64,000 bases of DNA from a virus. The notes below the pieces were generated by a model. It was not told where the DNA came from. It saw only the letters and a program-made list of their open reading frames with translations, and ran no database searches. Each line of letters begins with the position of its first letter. Within the stretch, counting starts at the first letter, position 1. Shown here one piece after another: positions 19,817 to 29,249 of this stretch. The DNA lies in the IMG/VR virus record IMGVR_UViG_3300034072_001149, positions 95,201-159,200 of that record. One strand, given 5' to 3'. The position numbers and the translations under genes were made by a program.

Positions 19817-20322
19817 GCTTTCCACCATTCCTCGTAGGGGAAGCAGACCCAGCGCTCGTCTTCAGCACGGGAGATCTCTCGACCCACATAATCTGCTTCA
19901 AAAATGTCCTGGCTGACGTTGTTCCACAACACCGCTACCTTGAACCGGTCTTCCCAGTTTTCCAAAGGCAGATTGGACGGCCCACTCAGGTTCACCAAAT
20001 CAGCAACCTCATCAGCTACTTTACGCAGAGTCTCACCAGAATCGCAAATATCATCTACCAGAAGGACACTTTGTCCTTCCTTGATACGACGAGCGACATC
20101 TGAAATTTCACTTACGTGGCTAACCATGTTGTCACGCAGGCTATAGTTGATAGTCTGGAGAGGCTTGCCTAGATAGTGGCTCAGCATGGTCGCGGGAACC
20201 AGTCCCCCACGAGCGATGCCTACTACCACATCTGGTTTGAAATCACCAACATTCATCTGACGAATGATCTCCTGGAGATCACCACGCATCTGCTCATTGG
20301 TGTAAATGATCTTGTTGGGCAT
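19813..20322 (-). CDS. Purine phosphoribosyltransferase (Gpt-like)
   Basis: VGIARGGLVPA, VLLVDDICDSGET, WVCFPYE. Confidence 0.9.
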   Translation of the reverse strand: MPNKIIYTNEQMRGDLQEIIRQMNVGDFKPDVVVGIARGGLVPATMLSHYLGKPLQTINYSLRDNMVSHVSEISDVARRIKEGQSVLLVDDICDSGETLRKVADEVADLVNLSGPSNLPLENWEDRFKVAVLWNNVSQDIFEADYVGREISRAEDERWVCFPYEEWWKA

Positions 20323-20377
20323 AACGCACCTCGCTGAAAATACTGGTGTGGAACTAACCACACCAGTATTCTATATC

Positions 20378-21112
20378 TTAGGAGTGGCCCTTCATGCTCA
20401 GCATGAGCTTGTAGAACTCGTCCTTGAGGTGCGGTTCATCACGGAACTTGCCGCGCATGATCGCAGTCGTCATGTCAGACTCATGTTCCTTAACACCACG
20501 ATGTGTCATACAGTGATGTTCTGCTTTTAGAACAACCGCAACATTCTCGGTCTCAGCATAACGAACCAGTTCGTCAGCAATCTGAGTTGTCATTTCTTCC
20601 TGGATTTGTGGACGTTCCGCAATCCAGTGAACAATGCGATTGAACTTCGAGAGTCCAATGACCTTGTCCTCAGGGAAGATACCAACCCAGCAGCGACCCA
20701 CAATGTTCTGGAAGTGATGAGCACAGGTCGAACGAATCGAGATCGGACCAGCAGTGTAGAGGTCCTGGTAGCCTACGTTGGGGAACGAAGTAATCTTTGG
20801 TGCCGCGACATAGCGACCACCATAGGTTTCGTTGACATACATCTTGGCAACTCGACGAGCGGTGCCATTAGTGTTGTGATCGTGGTCAGTGTCGATGACT
20901 AGGCTACGGAGAACTGCTTCCATCTTTTCGGTGACTTCGTCAACCAGTAGAGCGCGCTCTTCATCAGTGATGAACTTTGCGATATTGTCATTACAATGAA
21001 ACTGCTGACCGGCTTCAATGAGGCGCGCACGGATCTTCTCAGAAACGGGAACCTCTTGCCCATGGGCGCAATCGTTGGAACCACAGCCCGTGGTAAGTTT
21101 GGTATCGGACAT
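20378..21112 (-). CDS. folE: GTP cyclohydrolase I
   Basis: TARRVAKMY, STCAHH, GLSKFNR, QIQEEMT, HHCMTHRGV. Confidence 0.95.
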   Translation of the reverse strand: MSDTKLTTGCGSNDCAHGQEVPVSEKIRARLIEAGQQFHCNDNIAKFITDEERALLVDEVTEKMEAVLRSLVIDTDHDHNTNGTARRVAKMYVNETYGGRYVAAPKITSFPNVGYQDLYTAGPISIRSTCAHHFQNIVGRCWVGIFPEDKVIGLSKFNRIVHWIAERPQIQEEMTTQIADELVRYAETENVAVVLKAEHHCMTHRGVKEHESDMTTAIMRGKFRDEPHLKDEFYKLMLSMKGHS

Positions 21113-21183
21113 TAACTGTCTCTCCTTATTTTGTTTGTTCTACACTCTACTTAGAATTGGGTACAGTGTCAATTTATAGGGTT

Positions 21184-21609
21184 TTAATAACTACTCAATT
21201 TGAACATCACCGCTCTGGCTTTGAGAAACCGCGCGAAGTCTTCATGATCCTCAAAGCAAATGGACAAATGCCCTCTAGCCCAATCAATTTCTCTGGCTTT
21301 ATGACTTTGAAGAGCAGAAACAGGCGGACCTCCGGTGGCAGGCAAAGCATAGGTTGAGATAGCGTATAGACCCACGTTATTCTCATCACAAAACTTACGA
21401 ATATCCTTTGTGAAGTCTTCCCACATTCTGACTGTTAGAAGTTCTCTATTGTCAGTAACATGGGCTTCAAAAGAAGCGGAGGCATGAATTATCGCACGAT
21501 TTCTCATCATGTTGGCATACAGATCCGTCCCAGGAAGCACGCCAGACATAGGAATTTCTTTGGGAAGCTTGACATCAGTTATAGTCAATTCAATCAAAGT
21601 AGTTTTCAT
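21184..21609 (-). CDS. FKL-motif family protein
   Basis: FCDENNVGLY...FEDHEDF...AVMFKLS. Confidence 0.7.
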   Translation of the reverse strand: MKTTLIELTITDVKLPKEIPMSGVLPGTDLYANMMRNRAIIHASASFEAHVTDNRELLTVRMWEDFTKDIRKFCDENNVGLYAISTYALPATGGPPVSALQSHKAREIDWARGHLSICFEDHEDFARFLKARAVMFKLSSY

Positions 21610-22016
21610 AGTGAAAGCCTCAGCATGGTGCCTTGTTCCTTGAGCCAGAGTTCAAGGTCTTCTCGGCGCTCAAACAACAGATCCATGTCATACAAATACC
21701 TGTCAGTTGGTCCTTTCATATGACCTTTGATCTTCCAAGACCAATAACCCTCTAATCGAGTATCACAGAAATTTTTGATACTTTCACGTATCTCTGCCCA
21801 CTCAGAAGTTTTCCTGGTTGAATTGCCACAGGAAAACCTAAGTTCAACTCTGTTGAGGTGGAAGGCAACACCTAGGTCTTTGAATTCCTTGCGAAGCTTG
21901 ACCGAGGTTTCTACCCGATTTAGCTTTCCAAAAGTCTCATCCAACGTGATATCAAAGACGATATCACGATCAATGAATTTACTATGTCGGATCGAATGAC
22001 AAATTACTGTAGTCAT
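21606..22016 (-). CDS. FKL-motif family protein
   Basis: FCDTRLEGYW...FERREDL...TMLRLS. Confidence 0.7.
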   Translation of the reverse strand: MTTVICHSIRHSKFIDRDIVFDITLDETFGKLNRVETSVKLRKEFKDLGVAFHLNRVELRFSCGNSTRKTSEWAEIRESIKNFCDTRLEGYWSWKIKGHMKGPTDRYLYDMDLLFERREDLELWLKEQGTMLRLSL

Positions 22017-22420
22017 GGAACACTCAATTTGACAAGGACGGCACAATCGCGAATGAATAGAATGAGATCATCCTCATGCTCAAACATGAATTTTATCTTC
22101 AGTTCGTTACCAGGTAGATCGGCCTCTACCTCATCTTCATTGTCCCAGACTGTCCAAAATCCAGCGCAATTGTTATCACACCACTCTTCCATCTTACAGA
22201 AGATCTCGGTGTATTCGGCGGTGGCTTCCTCGATTGGCTTGCCGCCCTCTTTGACCTTGTTGACTGTGATAGTAATGAGGAACATATTCCGCTGAAACTT
22301 TAGGTAGAGGTCAGACCACTCTGATCTGACCTCCCCAGCGGAATTATTGCCTAAAAACATATCATTGTATCGGATCTGGCGGCAACGCCGCATCTGATTG
22401 ATTTTGATTTCAGCCAGCAT
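22013..22420 (-). CDS. FKL-motif family protein
   Basis: WCDNNCAGFW...FEHEDDL...AVLVKLS. Confidence 0.7.
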   Translation of the reverse strand: MLAEIKINQMRRCRQIRYNDMFLGNNSAGEVRSEWSDLYLKFQRNMFLITITVNKVKEGGKPIEEATAEYTEIFCKMEEWCDNNCAGFWTVWDNEDEVEADLPGNELKIKFMFEHEDDLILFIRDCAVLVKLSVP

Positions 22421-23552
22421 AGCGATACTGCTCGCCTTGACCCAGAAGAATATCAATAGTGCGGTCAATAGTCTGATGCTGATCATCAGCAGCATACCAA
22501 ACTTCACTATCATCTAGGCTGGTAAGCAGATAATCCATCTTCTTGATAGCATCTTCAACTGACCAAGGCACGTATAGGTGCTTGGCCGAATTGTTGAGAG
22601 CCTGTGGGAAACTGCGGAAAGCAGGACATAGGCTCAGAGTGCCTAGTGCTGATGCTTCGTTCAAAGTGTTGCTCTGCCAATCCTGACGAGCACAATTGAA
22701 TTGAAGCTGCGAGTCGGCGAGGATGTCATAATACTCGGACTTCTTCAGCCCTTCCTTGATAACCAGTTTGCCATCAGCTTCAAGTTGACGAGCACGGTCG
22801 ATATACTGCTGATGAGTTGATCGCAGCGCCTTGGCACCGGTTAGGATCCAAAACTCGTATCCACGTTCCACAAAATCGCTATTCTCGATGAGATCCATGA
22901 AGAAATCAGGCTGTTTTTCGTGGTCAAAGCGGGAAGTATAGACAATACGCTTTTTACGCTCATTAAGGGGTCTGAGAGCTTCTAGGCCACCAACGCGACT
23001 ACGAACTTCCTCACGGTCAAATGGCAAGCCAGTGACGTAAAGAGGGGCTTCTAGAAGTGCGATTCTCATATGAGGGCCCATTTCAGTGTTGGCCATCAAG
23101 ATACCATCACAGGTCTTACTTACTAGCTGCTCGAAATCACGCATCCAATTACGCCATGGGAATACAAAGTCATCAGGGTCAATTGACTGTGCGAGATTGC
23201 GAGTAAAGACCTTGGGCTTCATATGAGCAGGAAGCTGCTCCATGATATACGGAAGACTCTCATAACCTGGCTGGAATAGATCTTCGCTGAAGATCACATC
23301 ATTGCCAGTAATTTCACCGGACTCCATGAGGCGAACCAGTTCAGCCATCTGAGTCATTGACCAATAGCAACGACCATGGGCATCTAGAACCTGGCCGGTC
23401 TTGATGTCCTTGTCCTCACGAAGAGTTCTTCCATGAACCGTGAGGAATGGAACGCCGCGCTCCTTGAACCTACTTTCGTTCCAGTCCTTTAGCTGAAGAG
23501 TGTAGCGCTCTTCATACATTTCTAGGGGTAGATAAATGATTCTTTTGGTCAT
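22410..23552 (-). CDS. GT-B fold glycosyltransferase
   Basis: VYTSRFDHEKQP, KSEYYDIL, QDWQSNTLNEA..G; start MTKRIIY. Confidence 0.8.
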   Translation of the reverse strand: MTKRIIYLPLEMYEERYTLQLKDWNESRFKERGVPFLTVHGRTLREDKDIKTGQVLDAHGRCYWSMTQMAELVRLMESGEITGNDVIFSEDLFQPGYESLPYIMEQLPAHMKPKVFTRNLAQSIDPDDFVFPWRNWMRDFEQLVSKTCDGILMANTEMGPHMRIALLEAPLYVTGLPFDREEVRSRVGGLEALRPLNERKKRIVYTSRFDHEKQPDFFMDLIENSDFVERGYEFWILTGAKALRSTHQQYIDRARQLEADGKLVIKEGLKKSEYYDILADSQLQFNCARQDWQSNTLNEASALGTLSLCPAFRSFPQALNNSAKHLYVPWSVEDAIKKMDYLLTSLDDSEVWYAADDQHQTIDRTIDILLGQGEQYRYAG

Positions 23553-23564
23553 ATAGGCCTTTCT

Positions 23565-24110
23565 ATGTCCAAGAGATTTCCCAACACCGGCGTCAGGTCG
23601 TCTACGGACGAATTTGTAGCAAAAGCTATAACAGTTCACGGCACTAAATTCAATTATTCTGGTGTCTTATATGTGAATGCTAAAACTAAGGTAGAAATAG
23701 GCTGTTCTGTTCACGGACCATTCCTCCAACGTCCGAATGATCACCTGAGCGGAGTAGGTTGTGGTCGATGTGGCCAACAGGTGGCTAACGCTACTCGTCG
23801 ACAAAAAGGAATAATCAGTCTAGATCCCAAAGCAATCGATGTTTATCGCCGTCGTGTTAGGCATCTCAGTCTAAAGACCTACGAGAAACACTATCAGCTA
23901 ATCAATCCCCTGGGATTGCCTAGGGGGAATGATTTTCATCTTGATCACAAATTATCCATCGTAGATGGATTCAATGCTGGTATATCTGAGGGGATAATGA
24001 GTAGCTGGCAAAATCTTACAATCTTACCTGCTAATCAAAATCGTTCCAAATCAAGCAAATCTAGTATCTCTGTTGATGAGTTGGTGAAACTTATAACCAC
24101 GTCAACTTGA
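23565..24110 (+). mobile_element. HNH homing endonuclease with zinc-ribbon N-terminus, antisense
   Basis: HG.KFNY..V.Y....KV.I.C..HG.F.Q.P..HL.G.GC..C; FHLDHK...NL......NRSK. Confidence 0.8.
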
Positions 24111-24348
24111 ATAGCGTGGCCTTTCTGATATCTTCAATATAGATGTAGCAAGCTAGTATCTTTACCTTGGTTTCAGGGGATTCATTCGTGCTGAAGAAAT
24201 CAGATATTTCTTCATATACAACCTGGAAATCGTATTCAATTTCCAGGTCGTTGAACCACTGAATTACATCATCTGTCAATCTTGGTTCAAAAAACTGATG
24301 GTCTTGGATCCAAGAACATGGCTTACTAAAATCCGCTTTGAAGATCAT
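24091..24348 (-). CDS. FKL-motif family protein
   Basis: IEDIRKATLFKLTW. Confidence 0.75.
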   Translation of the reverse strand: MIFKADFSKPCSWIQDHQFFEPRLTDDVIQWFNDLEIEYDFQVVYEEISDFFSTNESPETKVKILACYIYIEDIRKATLFKLTWL

Positions 24349-24716
24349 GCCTTGACAGGGTATTCCGCAAAGCTTCCATTTTCGCCATCTTCACTGACTT
24401 CAATTGTGATATGACGTCCTGGATATTTCGCGGCAATCTGCGCATACAGATCGTCACTTATCATTTCACAGCTCTTGTAATCAAGCTGTAGGGTTCCCTC
24501 GTTATAGAGTCCTTCAAGCCATCTCTTGAACTGGATAAACTCCAGATCACGATCATCATGAAAAACCTCAATCCACACTTTGAAGTGAAAGATATGGCGA
24601 TGTGGATAGCCCAAGAAACTAACATCAGCTAGGTTGGGATCCGTGAGGGCTGCGGGATATTTGTGGATTCCCTCTTTTTGAAAAGAGATCCAGATCATTT
24701 TGAAATTTTCGGTCAT
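24345..24716 (-). CDS. queD: QueD-like (6-carboxy-tetrahydropterin synthase, T-fold)
   Basis: EGIH, PHRHIFH, DRDLEFIQFK, SCEMI, VSEDGENG; near folE/queE. Confidence 0.72.
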   Translation of the reverse strand: MTENFKMIWISFQKEGIHKYPAALTDPNLADVSFLGYPHRHIFHFKVWIEVFHDDRDLEFIQFKRWLEGLYNEGTLQLDYKSCEMISDDLYAQIAAKYPGRHITIEVSEDGENGSFAEYPVKA

Positions 24717-24752
24717 ATCTTGTTCTAACAGAACTGGTGACCAGAAATCAAA

Positions 24753-25007
24753 TTACATCCATGTCAACTTGAACATCATAGCCAGGCGCGGATCATCAAT
24801 AACCAGATCGACTTTCCACTGACTGCGAATCCGCAGGCTGTATTCCATGCCATGTTGTCGCACCCAATCGTCAATATCATCATTCAGGAGAACGGCAATA
24901 TCTCGATGATCTTCGGGGTAAGAACGCCCATAGTGGATACGACAAAGGGGTTTAAGACCCACCTCTCTACCCATCTGAGTACCAATTATAAATCTTACTT
25001 TTTCCAA
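24753..25007 (-). CDS. FKL-motif family protein
   Basis: IDDPRLAMMFKLTW. Confidence 0.75.
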   Translation of the reverse strand: MEKVRFIIGTQMGREVGLKPLCRIHYGRSYPEDHRDIAVLLNDDIDDWVRQHGMEYSLRIRSQWKVDLVIDDPRLAMMFKLTWM

Positions 25008-25324
25008 ACTGACTTCCTTCTAGTCTTTTGATTTTTCAGCATGAGCTCATCAAACTCATTTCTACTGACTAGATCCAAGTCCCAAGCTAGAATAAAGGTC
25101 CTGGCTGCGACCTTATCCGGGATCACAAAATAGACATCGTTGGTATCTCTAGACCCTTTTGGTGCCTTGTTCAGAAGTATGTACCTTTTATAGGTGATGT
25201 TATTACCAAACAGCCAGGCCAATACCTCGCTATCTATCTCAACCTTCCATTTGTTGATATAATCCATTCTGTCAATCTGCCATCTCCAGCACCGTCGACG
25301 AGCCAGCTTGACTACTACATCCAC
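24995..25324 (-). CDS. FKL-motif family protein (likely GTG start)
   Basis: LAWLFGNNI...IPDKVAARTFILAW. Confidence 0.6.
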   Translation of the reverse strand: MDVVVKLARRRCWRWQIDRMDYINKWKVEIDSEVLAWLFGNNITYKRYILLNKAPKGSRDTNDVYFVIPDKVAARTFILAWDLDLVSRNEFDELMLKNQKTRRKSVWKK

Positions 25325-25545
25325 CTTAGTTTGAACATCACGGCTTGCTTTCGATCCTTGATCACTAACAGAGCCAGTGAGTCCTTGGGTCTCCATCCCG
25401 GTGGGCAAAAGGTGTAAGCTATCTGATTCTCGGCTAGCCAGTCCATTACTTCTTTTCGAAGCCTGAGCTGCCAACGATCCAGATGTTTCACCATCACTAC
25501 GTGAGTGTGATTGAGCTTGAAGGTTTGATCTGACGTTATGACCAT
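25315..25545 (-). CDS. FKL-motif family protein
   Basis: DWLAENQI...IKDRKQAVMFKLRW. Confidence 0.75.
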   Translation of the reverse strand: MVITSDQTFKLNHTHVVMVKHLDRWQLRLRKEVMDWLAENQIAYTFCPPGWRPKDSLALLVIKDRKQAVMFKLRWM

Positions 25546-25811
25546 GTGAGCTTGAACAACATTGCGTGGTCTTTTCGTTCGAATACAACTCGGCTACGTC
25601 CATTGCCTCCAAGCACCAATCTATGAGGGAAGTTCCGATCTAGTAGCCATTTTTCAATGTAATTCTTGAGTTTTCTGGAGCGTTTTTTACGTCCAGTTTT
25701 TGTTTTATCGTCGCAAAAATCCCAATGAATTTTATGATAGAGTTTGATGGTTCGGGTCTTCTCTTCCTCATAAAATTCCCGAGATTTCCATAAGTCAGGC
25801 TTTTCGAGCAT
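25536..25811 (-). CDS. FKL-motif family protein
   Basis: FERKDHAMLFKLTW. Confidence 0.75.
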   Translation of the reverse strand: MLEKPDLWKSREFYEEEKTRTIKLYHKIHWDFCDDKTKTGRKKRSRKLKNYIEKWLLDRNFPHRLVLGGNGRSRVVFERKDHAMLFKLTWS

Positions 25812-26391
25812 ATTTGTTCCAAATCATCAGATCAAAATCAGCAACGCTCATTCCACTAGCATCAGCTAGCTTAAGAAATTCCTCCTCAAGCGCTCTATAC
25901 TTGGGTCCAGCAGGCGGTGTCACTTTCTGCGTCGTGAGTCCAAGATCTCTCATGTGACGAATCACATGAGTATCAAGGCACGCAATGCGCTGATCCTTTC
26001 GTGTATGAAGTAGGAAGTATCGAGATGTCTTGGCCCCAACGCCGTGAATCGTTTCCAGTTCAGAAGCTGTTACCTTGGTAAGATCCTTACCAAGGCTTTC
26101 ACGGAAAGCTCGTTCCAGTTTGGTAAACTGGCCCAGTCTAGACTCTTTGATCCGATCTAGAAGAACTCCGCTCGTATCCATGACGCTGACTATTTGGAAC
26201 GGAGTAACAAAGCCAGGAAATTCTTCGCGCCCCTTGCTGAGAAAGGCCTCTAGCGCCTTGGCCTGTTGAACCGCTGTTTTTCCCGCCACCGAGATACAGA
26301 ACAGCCAAAAAAGCTGAAGATCAAAAATGTCACGATCAAATCTTGTGACATCGGTTGGATCTACTAACACGGATCTATTTGAGTAATCCAA
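25795..26391 (-). CDS. HhH-type DNA glycosylase/lyase (Ogg-like)
   Basis: LETIHGVGAKTSRYFL (HhH), LDTHVIR, DLMIW. Confidence 0.8.
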   Translation of the reverse strand: MDYSNRSVLVDPTDVTRFDRDIFDLQLFWLFCISVAGKTAVQQAKALEAFLSKGREEFPGFVTPFQIVSVMDTSGVLLDRIKESRLGQFTKLERAFRESLGKDLTKVTASELETIHGVGAKTSRYFLLHTRKDQRIACLDTHVIRHMRDLGLTTQKVTPPAGPKYRALEEEFLKLADASGMSVADFDLMIWNKYARKA

Positions 26392-27196
26392 GTCTCTTCA
26401 TCCTTTTAGTTTCTTGAGTTTTCCTTACAGCCTCGGGATCTCGTTTTCTACCTTTTAATGCAATAGAATTTGCTCTACCAATGGCGGCTTTAGCTTCCTC
26501 AGTTTGGGTCTTGCCCAACATTCCACTAGGTTTACCCTGTAATGCTTCTGATTTAGCTCTTCTTACCTCTGGTCGATTTTGAACTTCCGTCTGAACTTTA
26601 CTCATTAATTCAATAGTATTAGAGCTTCTTTTCTGTCCTCTTCTCTTTTCGGCTGCTTTAGCGACTCTAATATCAGTTTCAGCAGAAAGTCCTGAACACC
26701 AGGAAGGCGGTAGCGTTTTACCATAATTGGTATGTAATTCCCCAGCTTGCCACCTATGTTTTGATAGATTTGCCCGGATTTGTTCAGTCATTACTCGCTT
26801 ACCCTCTCGCCACGCTCTAAGGTTTCCTTTTCGTATATTTTCGGACCATGTCTTTTGTAACTCAGGGCTGACCAGTGAGTAATTGGGTGGTCTAGCATCA
26901 ATGCAAATATTTGTAAGGATTCCATCCCCTACTGAAGCTCTACCATATTTTGCAATAAGTTGGCTCTCAAGGAGGTATGCTTCATCCTCAGATAGATTCT
27001 CAGCTATTTTTGATATAGGAACGTCTAAACCTTGCTCTTTTATTAGATTGATGGTCCTAACTTTATGCGGATTTGAGGTCGTATCCAAAGTCTCAGATAG
27101 ATGAAACTCACAACGATTTCCTTTACCTTTTCCCACATAGAAAGGCTGATTATCCTTTAAAGGATTATGAAGCTGGTAAACATAATACACATTCAT
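26375..27196 (-). mobile_element. GIY-YIG homing endonuclease with NUMOD3-like repeats
   Basis: YVYQL...PFYVGKGKGNR...H, E..LI..YG, ILTN; GKTQTEEAK.AI-type repeats. Confidence 0.8.
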
Positions 27197-27381
27197 CGAT
27201 CTTGGGGGTCCGCCGACCCCCGCCTTCTGCCCGCTCTCGAGACACGCGGTCCCTCGGTGCGCTGATCCGTAATCACCTCCTCAGGTATAAAGTATGGCAG
27301 GCTCCAGCAGAACACAATGTTCCAAGTTTGTCCGAAGACTTGTCCAGAATACAAGATATCTTCGGACACGTCATTATTCAC
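27193..27381 (-). CDS. Small hypothetical protein (GTGA/ATGA coupled)
   Basis: Start and stop both overlap neighbours by 4 nt. Confidence 0.4.
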   Translation of the reverse strand: MNNDVSEDILYSGQVFGQTWNIVFCWSLPYFIPEEVITDQRTEGPRVSRAGRRRGSADPQDR

Positions 27382-27497
27382 CAACGTTCTTGTATTAACA
27401 TTCCTGAAAAGAATCTCCGCCAGATACGCTCGCTGATAAAGGACATAATGGGATGAATCATATGCAGAATTATTCGCAGACCTTCCAAGAGAGTCAA
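27378..27497 (-). CDS. 39-aa peptide resembling a class Ia aaRS anticodon-binding helix
   Basis: TTG start overlapping the upstream stop; TLLEGLRIILHMIHPIMSFISERIW. Confidence 0.45.
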   Translation of the reverse strand: MTLLEGLRIILHMIHPIMSFISERIWRRFFSGMLIQERW

Positions 27498-28054
27498 ATC
27501 CTCTTCTGGGTGGTACCGTTGATCCTCCTGCCGGCGATAGCATCTTCCAAAGTCTGGCAGCGGAATTTCTCCCATTTGCTTTTAGCCTTAGGAAAACCCT
27601 GGTCATCAAATCCTATGTTAATGCTCTTATTGAAGGATCCATCCTTCTTATAGCAGAAGCCAGTGGGGATAGACCAGTGATAAGAAAGACCATTAGTGGA
27701 AACGGCAGAAATAATGATCTCGTTTGAATCCTTTTTCGCCGGACTCAGGGGCACAAGAACTTCTAAGTTCTTGCGCGATCCCTTGGGGCCAACACTACCA
27801 GTCTTGCATTCAATCTTCCACCCGTTCTGAAGAAGGACATCAAATCCATCTGAAGGCAAATGTGTCGCTCCTAGCTTGAGCGCAGTCACCTTCTCATGCC
27901 ATGCGTCTACCTTTATCTCTCCTGCATCTAGATCGGATAGAAGATCGGCGCGCCCTTGTGCGTTCTGACGATGGGGTGACTTCGTAGTCAAGATAATATC
28001 CACCATCTCTCTGCCAAGGATTTTCTCCGTGGAGAGTCTACAGTTTTTTGTCAT
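27494..28054 (-). CDS. Putative PD-(D/E)XK nuclease
   Basis: GFDVLLQNGWKIECKT. Confidence 0.55.
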   Translation of the reverse strand: MTKNCRLSTEKILGREMVDIILTTKSPHRQNAQGRADLLSDLDAGEIKVDAWHEKVTALKLGATHLPSDGFDVLLQNGWKIECKTGSVGPKGSRKNLEVLVPLSPAKKDSNEIIISAVSTNGLSYHWSIPTGFCYKKDGSFNKSINIGFDDQGFPKAKSKWEKFRCQTLEDAIAGRRINGTTQKRI

Positions 28055-28087
28055 AATCGGCTTCTTATTTTTTGTTTTACCGATCTG

Positions 28088-28115
28088 CTGGGAAGGCCGA
28101 ATTCGGCCTTCCCAG
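28088..28115. repeat. Perfect 28-bp palindrome / terminator after the clamp gene
   Basis: CTGGGAAGGCCGAA|TTCGGCCTTCCCAG. Confidence 0.85.
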
Positions 28116-28123
28116 GGTAGTTC

Positions 28124-28876
28124 TTACTTTTTGCGCGCTGGCAGAATGAACTTGTATTCAGCCGACTTGCTGGCCATTGAAATCTGCAATGCGCCACGCG
28201 AAGAGAACTGAAGCTTGAGGTTCTCATCAGCGCCCAGCTTGAGGATTGCGAGCACAGGAGCAATTCCCCAGTGAAGGTCACCAGTCAGCGAACCCTCGAC
28301 GTCATCGGCAATGGTCAGGAATGCTCGGTGCATGGACGAACCTTCATCGCCAATATAGAAGCGCAGTTCGTTCTTGCCTTCGTTTTCCACAGTCTTGACC
28401 ATGAAGAAGTTTTCAAACTGGCCATAAAGCCCAGCCAGAGCCTGTAGTTCCTTGAGCTTGCTTGCCGAGGGATCGATTTCAACGTCCCAAGTGGTGCCCA
28501 GGAACTTTGCCTGTTCAGGAATCAGGTCCGATGCCATCAGACGATAGGCACCGCTGCTCTTGCCATCAGCTGACTTAAAAGAGATTTCCTCAGGGGTCAT
28601 CTTACCGTTACGCTCACGACGCTTGACTTCAATCTTGGCATCGTCAGTCTTGAACAGAGCATAGTTGACTAGACCCTGGAGTAGACCCAGATGGCTCATG
28701 CCAAATTCACCCTTGAGCTCAGGCTCAGGCTGAAGCAGCTGACCCTTGACGATCACTGTGCGCTCATTGTCCATTGCTTCAATGATGGTCTTTTCATCAT
28801 CACCGGTGATCTTGATGGTATCGATATTGTTGACACCAATAGCATGTCTCACAATATCCTGGATAGTTTCACGCAT
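28124..28876 (-). CDS. Sliding clamp (gp45-like)
   Basis: About 250 aa, near polB, C-terminal YKFILPA; AGGAG RBS. Confidence 0.7.
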   Translation of the reverse strand: MRETIQDIVRHAIGVNNIDTIKITGDDEKTIIEAMDNERTVIVKGQLLQPEPELKGEFGMSHLGLLQGLVNYALFKTDDAKIEVKRRERNGKMTPEEISFKSADGKSSGAYRLMASDLIPEQAKFLGTTWDVEIDPSASKLKELQALAGLYGQFENFFMVKTVENEGKNELRFYIGDEGSSMHRAFLTIADDVEGSLTGDLHWGIAPVLAILKLGADENLKLQFSSRGALQISMASKSAEYKFILPARKK

Positions 28877-28944
28877 ATCAAAATGCTCCTTTTCGTTTCT
28901 TGTCACCAGTTTTACACGAATACTGGTAGGATATCAATAATTGG

Positions 28945-29241
28945 TTAGATAACGCGAACTTCGCACTGGCCATTGCCAACCGGTGACGAACCATTGGCAA
29001 AGACAGCAACTTCGTAGCCATCACACTCGACTGAGCGAGCAAAGGTGTGGAAGTCAGTTACCTTGTTTTCTGGAATAATCCAATTAGCGGCCTTTTTGCC
29101 ACTGTTCACGGCAATCACATAACCAGCATAAGTGAGCTCTGGAAACTGGACAAACAGGAGTTCTCCCGTTCGACGTTCACTCGTGGTGAGCTCTTCGCGG
29201 GTTGGGCCCTTGGTCTTGTTAATCAGGAGAACTCTGTTCAT
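28945..29241 (-). CDS. Hypothetical protein
   Basis: GAGG RBS. Confidence 0.65.
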   Translation of the reverse strand: MNRVLLINKTKGPTREELTTSERRTGELLFVQFPELTYAGYVIAVNSGKKAANWIIPENKVTDFHTFARSVECDGYEVAVFANGSSPVGNGQCEVRVI

Positions 29242-29249
29242 TTTATTCC

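Noticed and set aside
25325-25612. N-terminal 96 aa of the 205-aa ORF 24995-25612
   Set aside because: Overlaps two better-supported FKL-family ORFs in other frames; the real start is likely near 25324
17287-27196. Group I introns around the endonucleases
   Set aside because: Flanking genes are intact, and the endonucleases abut or overlap them, leaving no room for an intron core
27204-27221. GGGGGTC-cgcc-GACCCCC hairpin as a stand-alone ncRNA
   Set aside because: It lies within a plausible coupled small ORF, and is at most a translational attenuator of the downstream endonuclease
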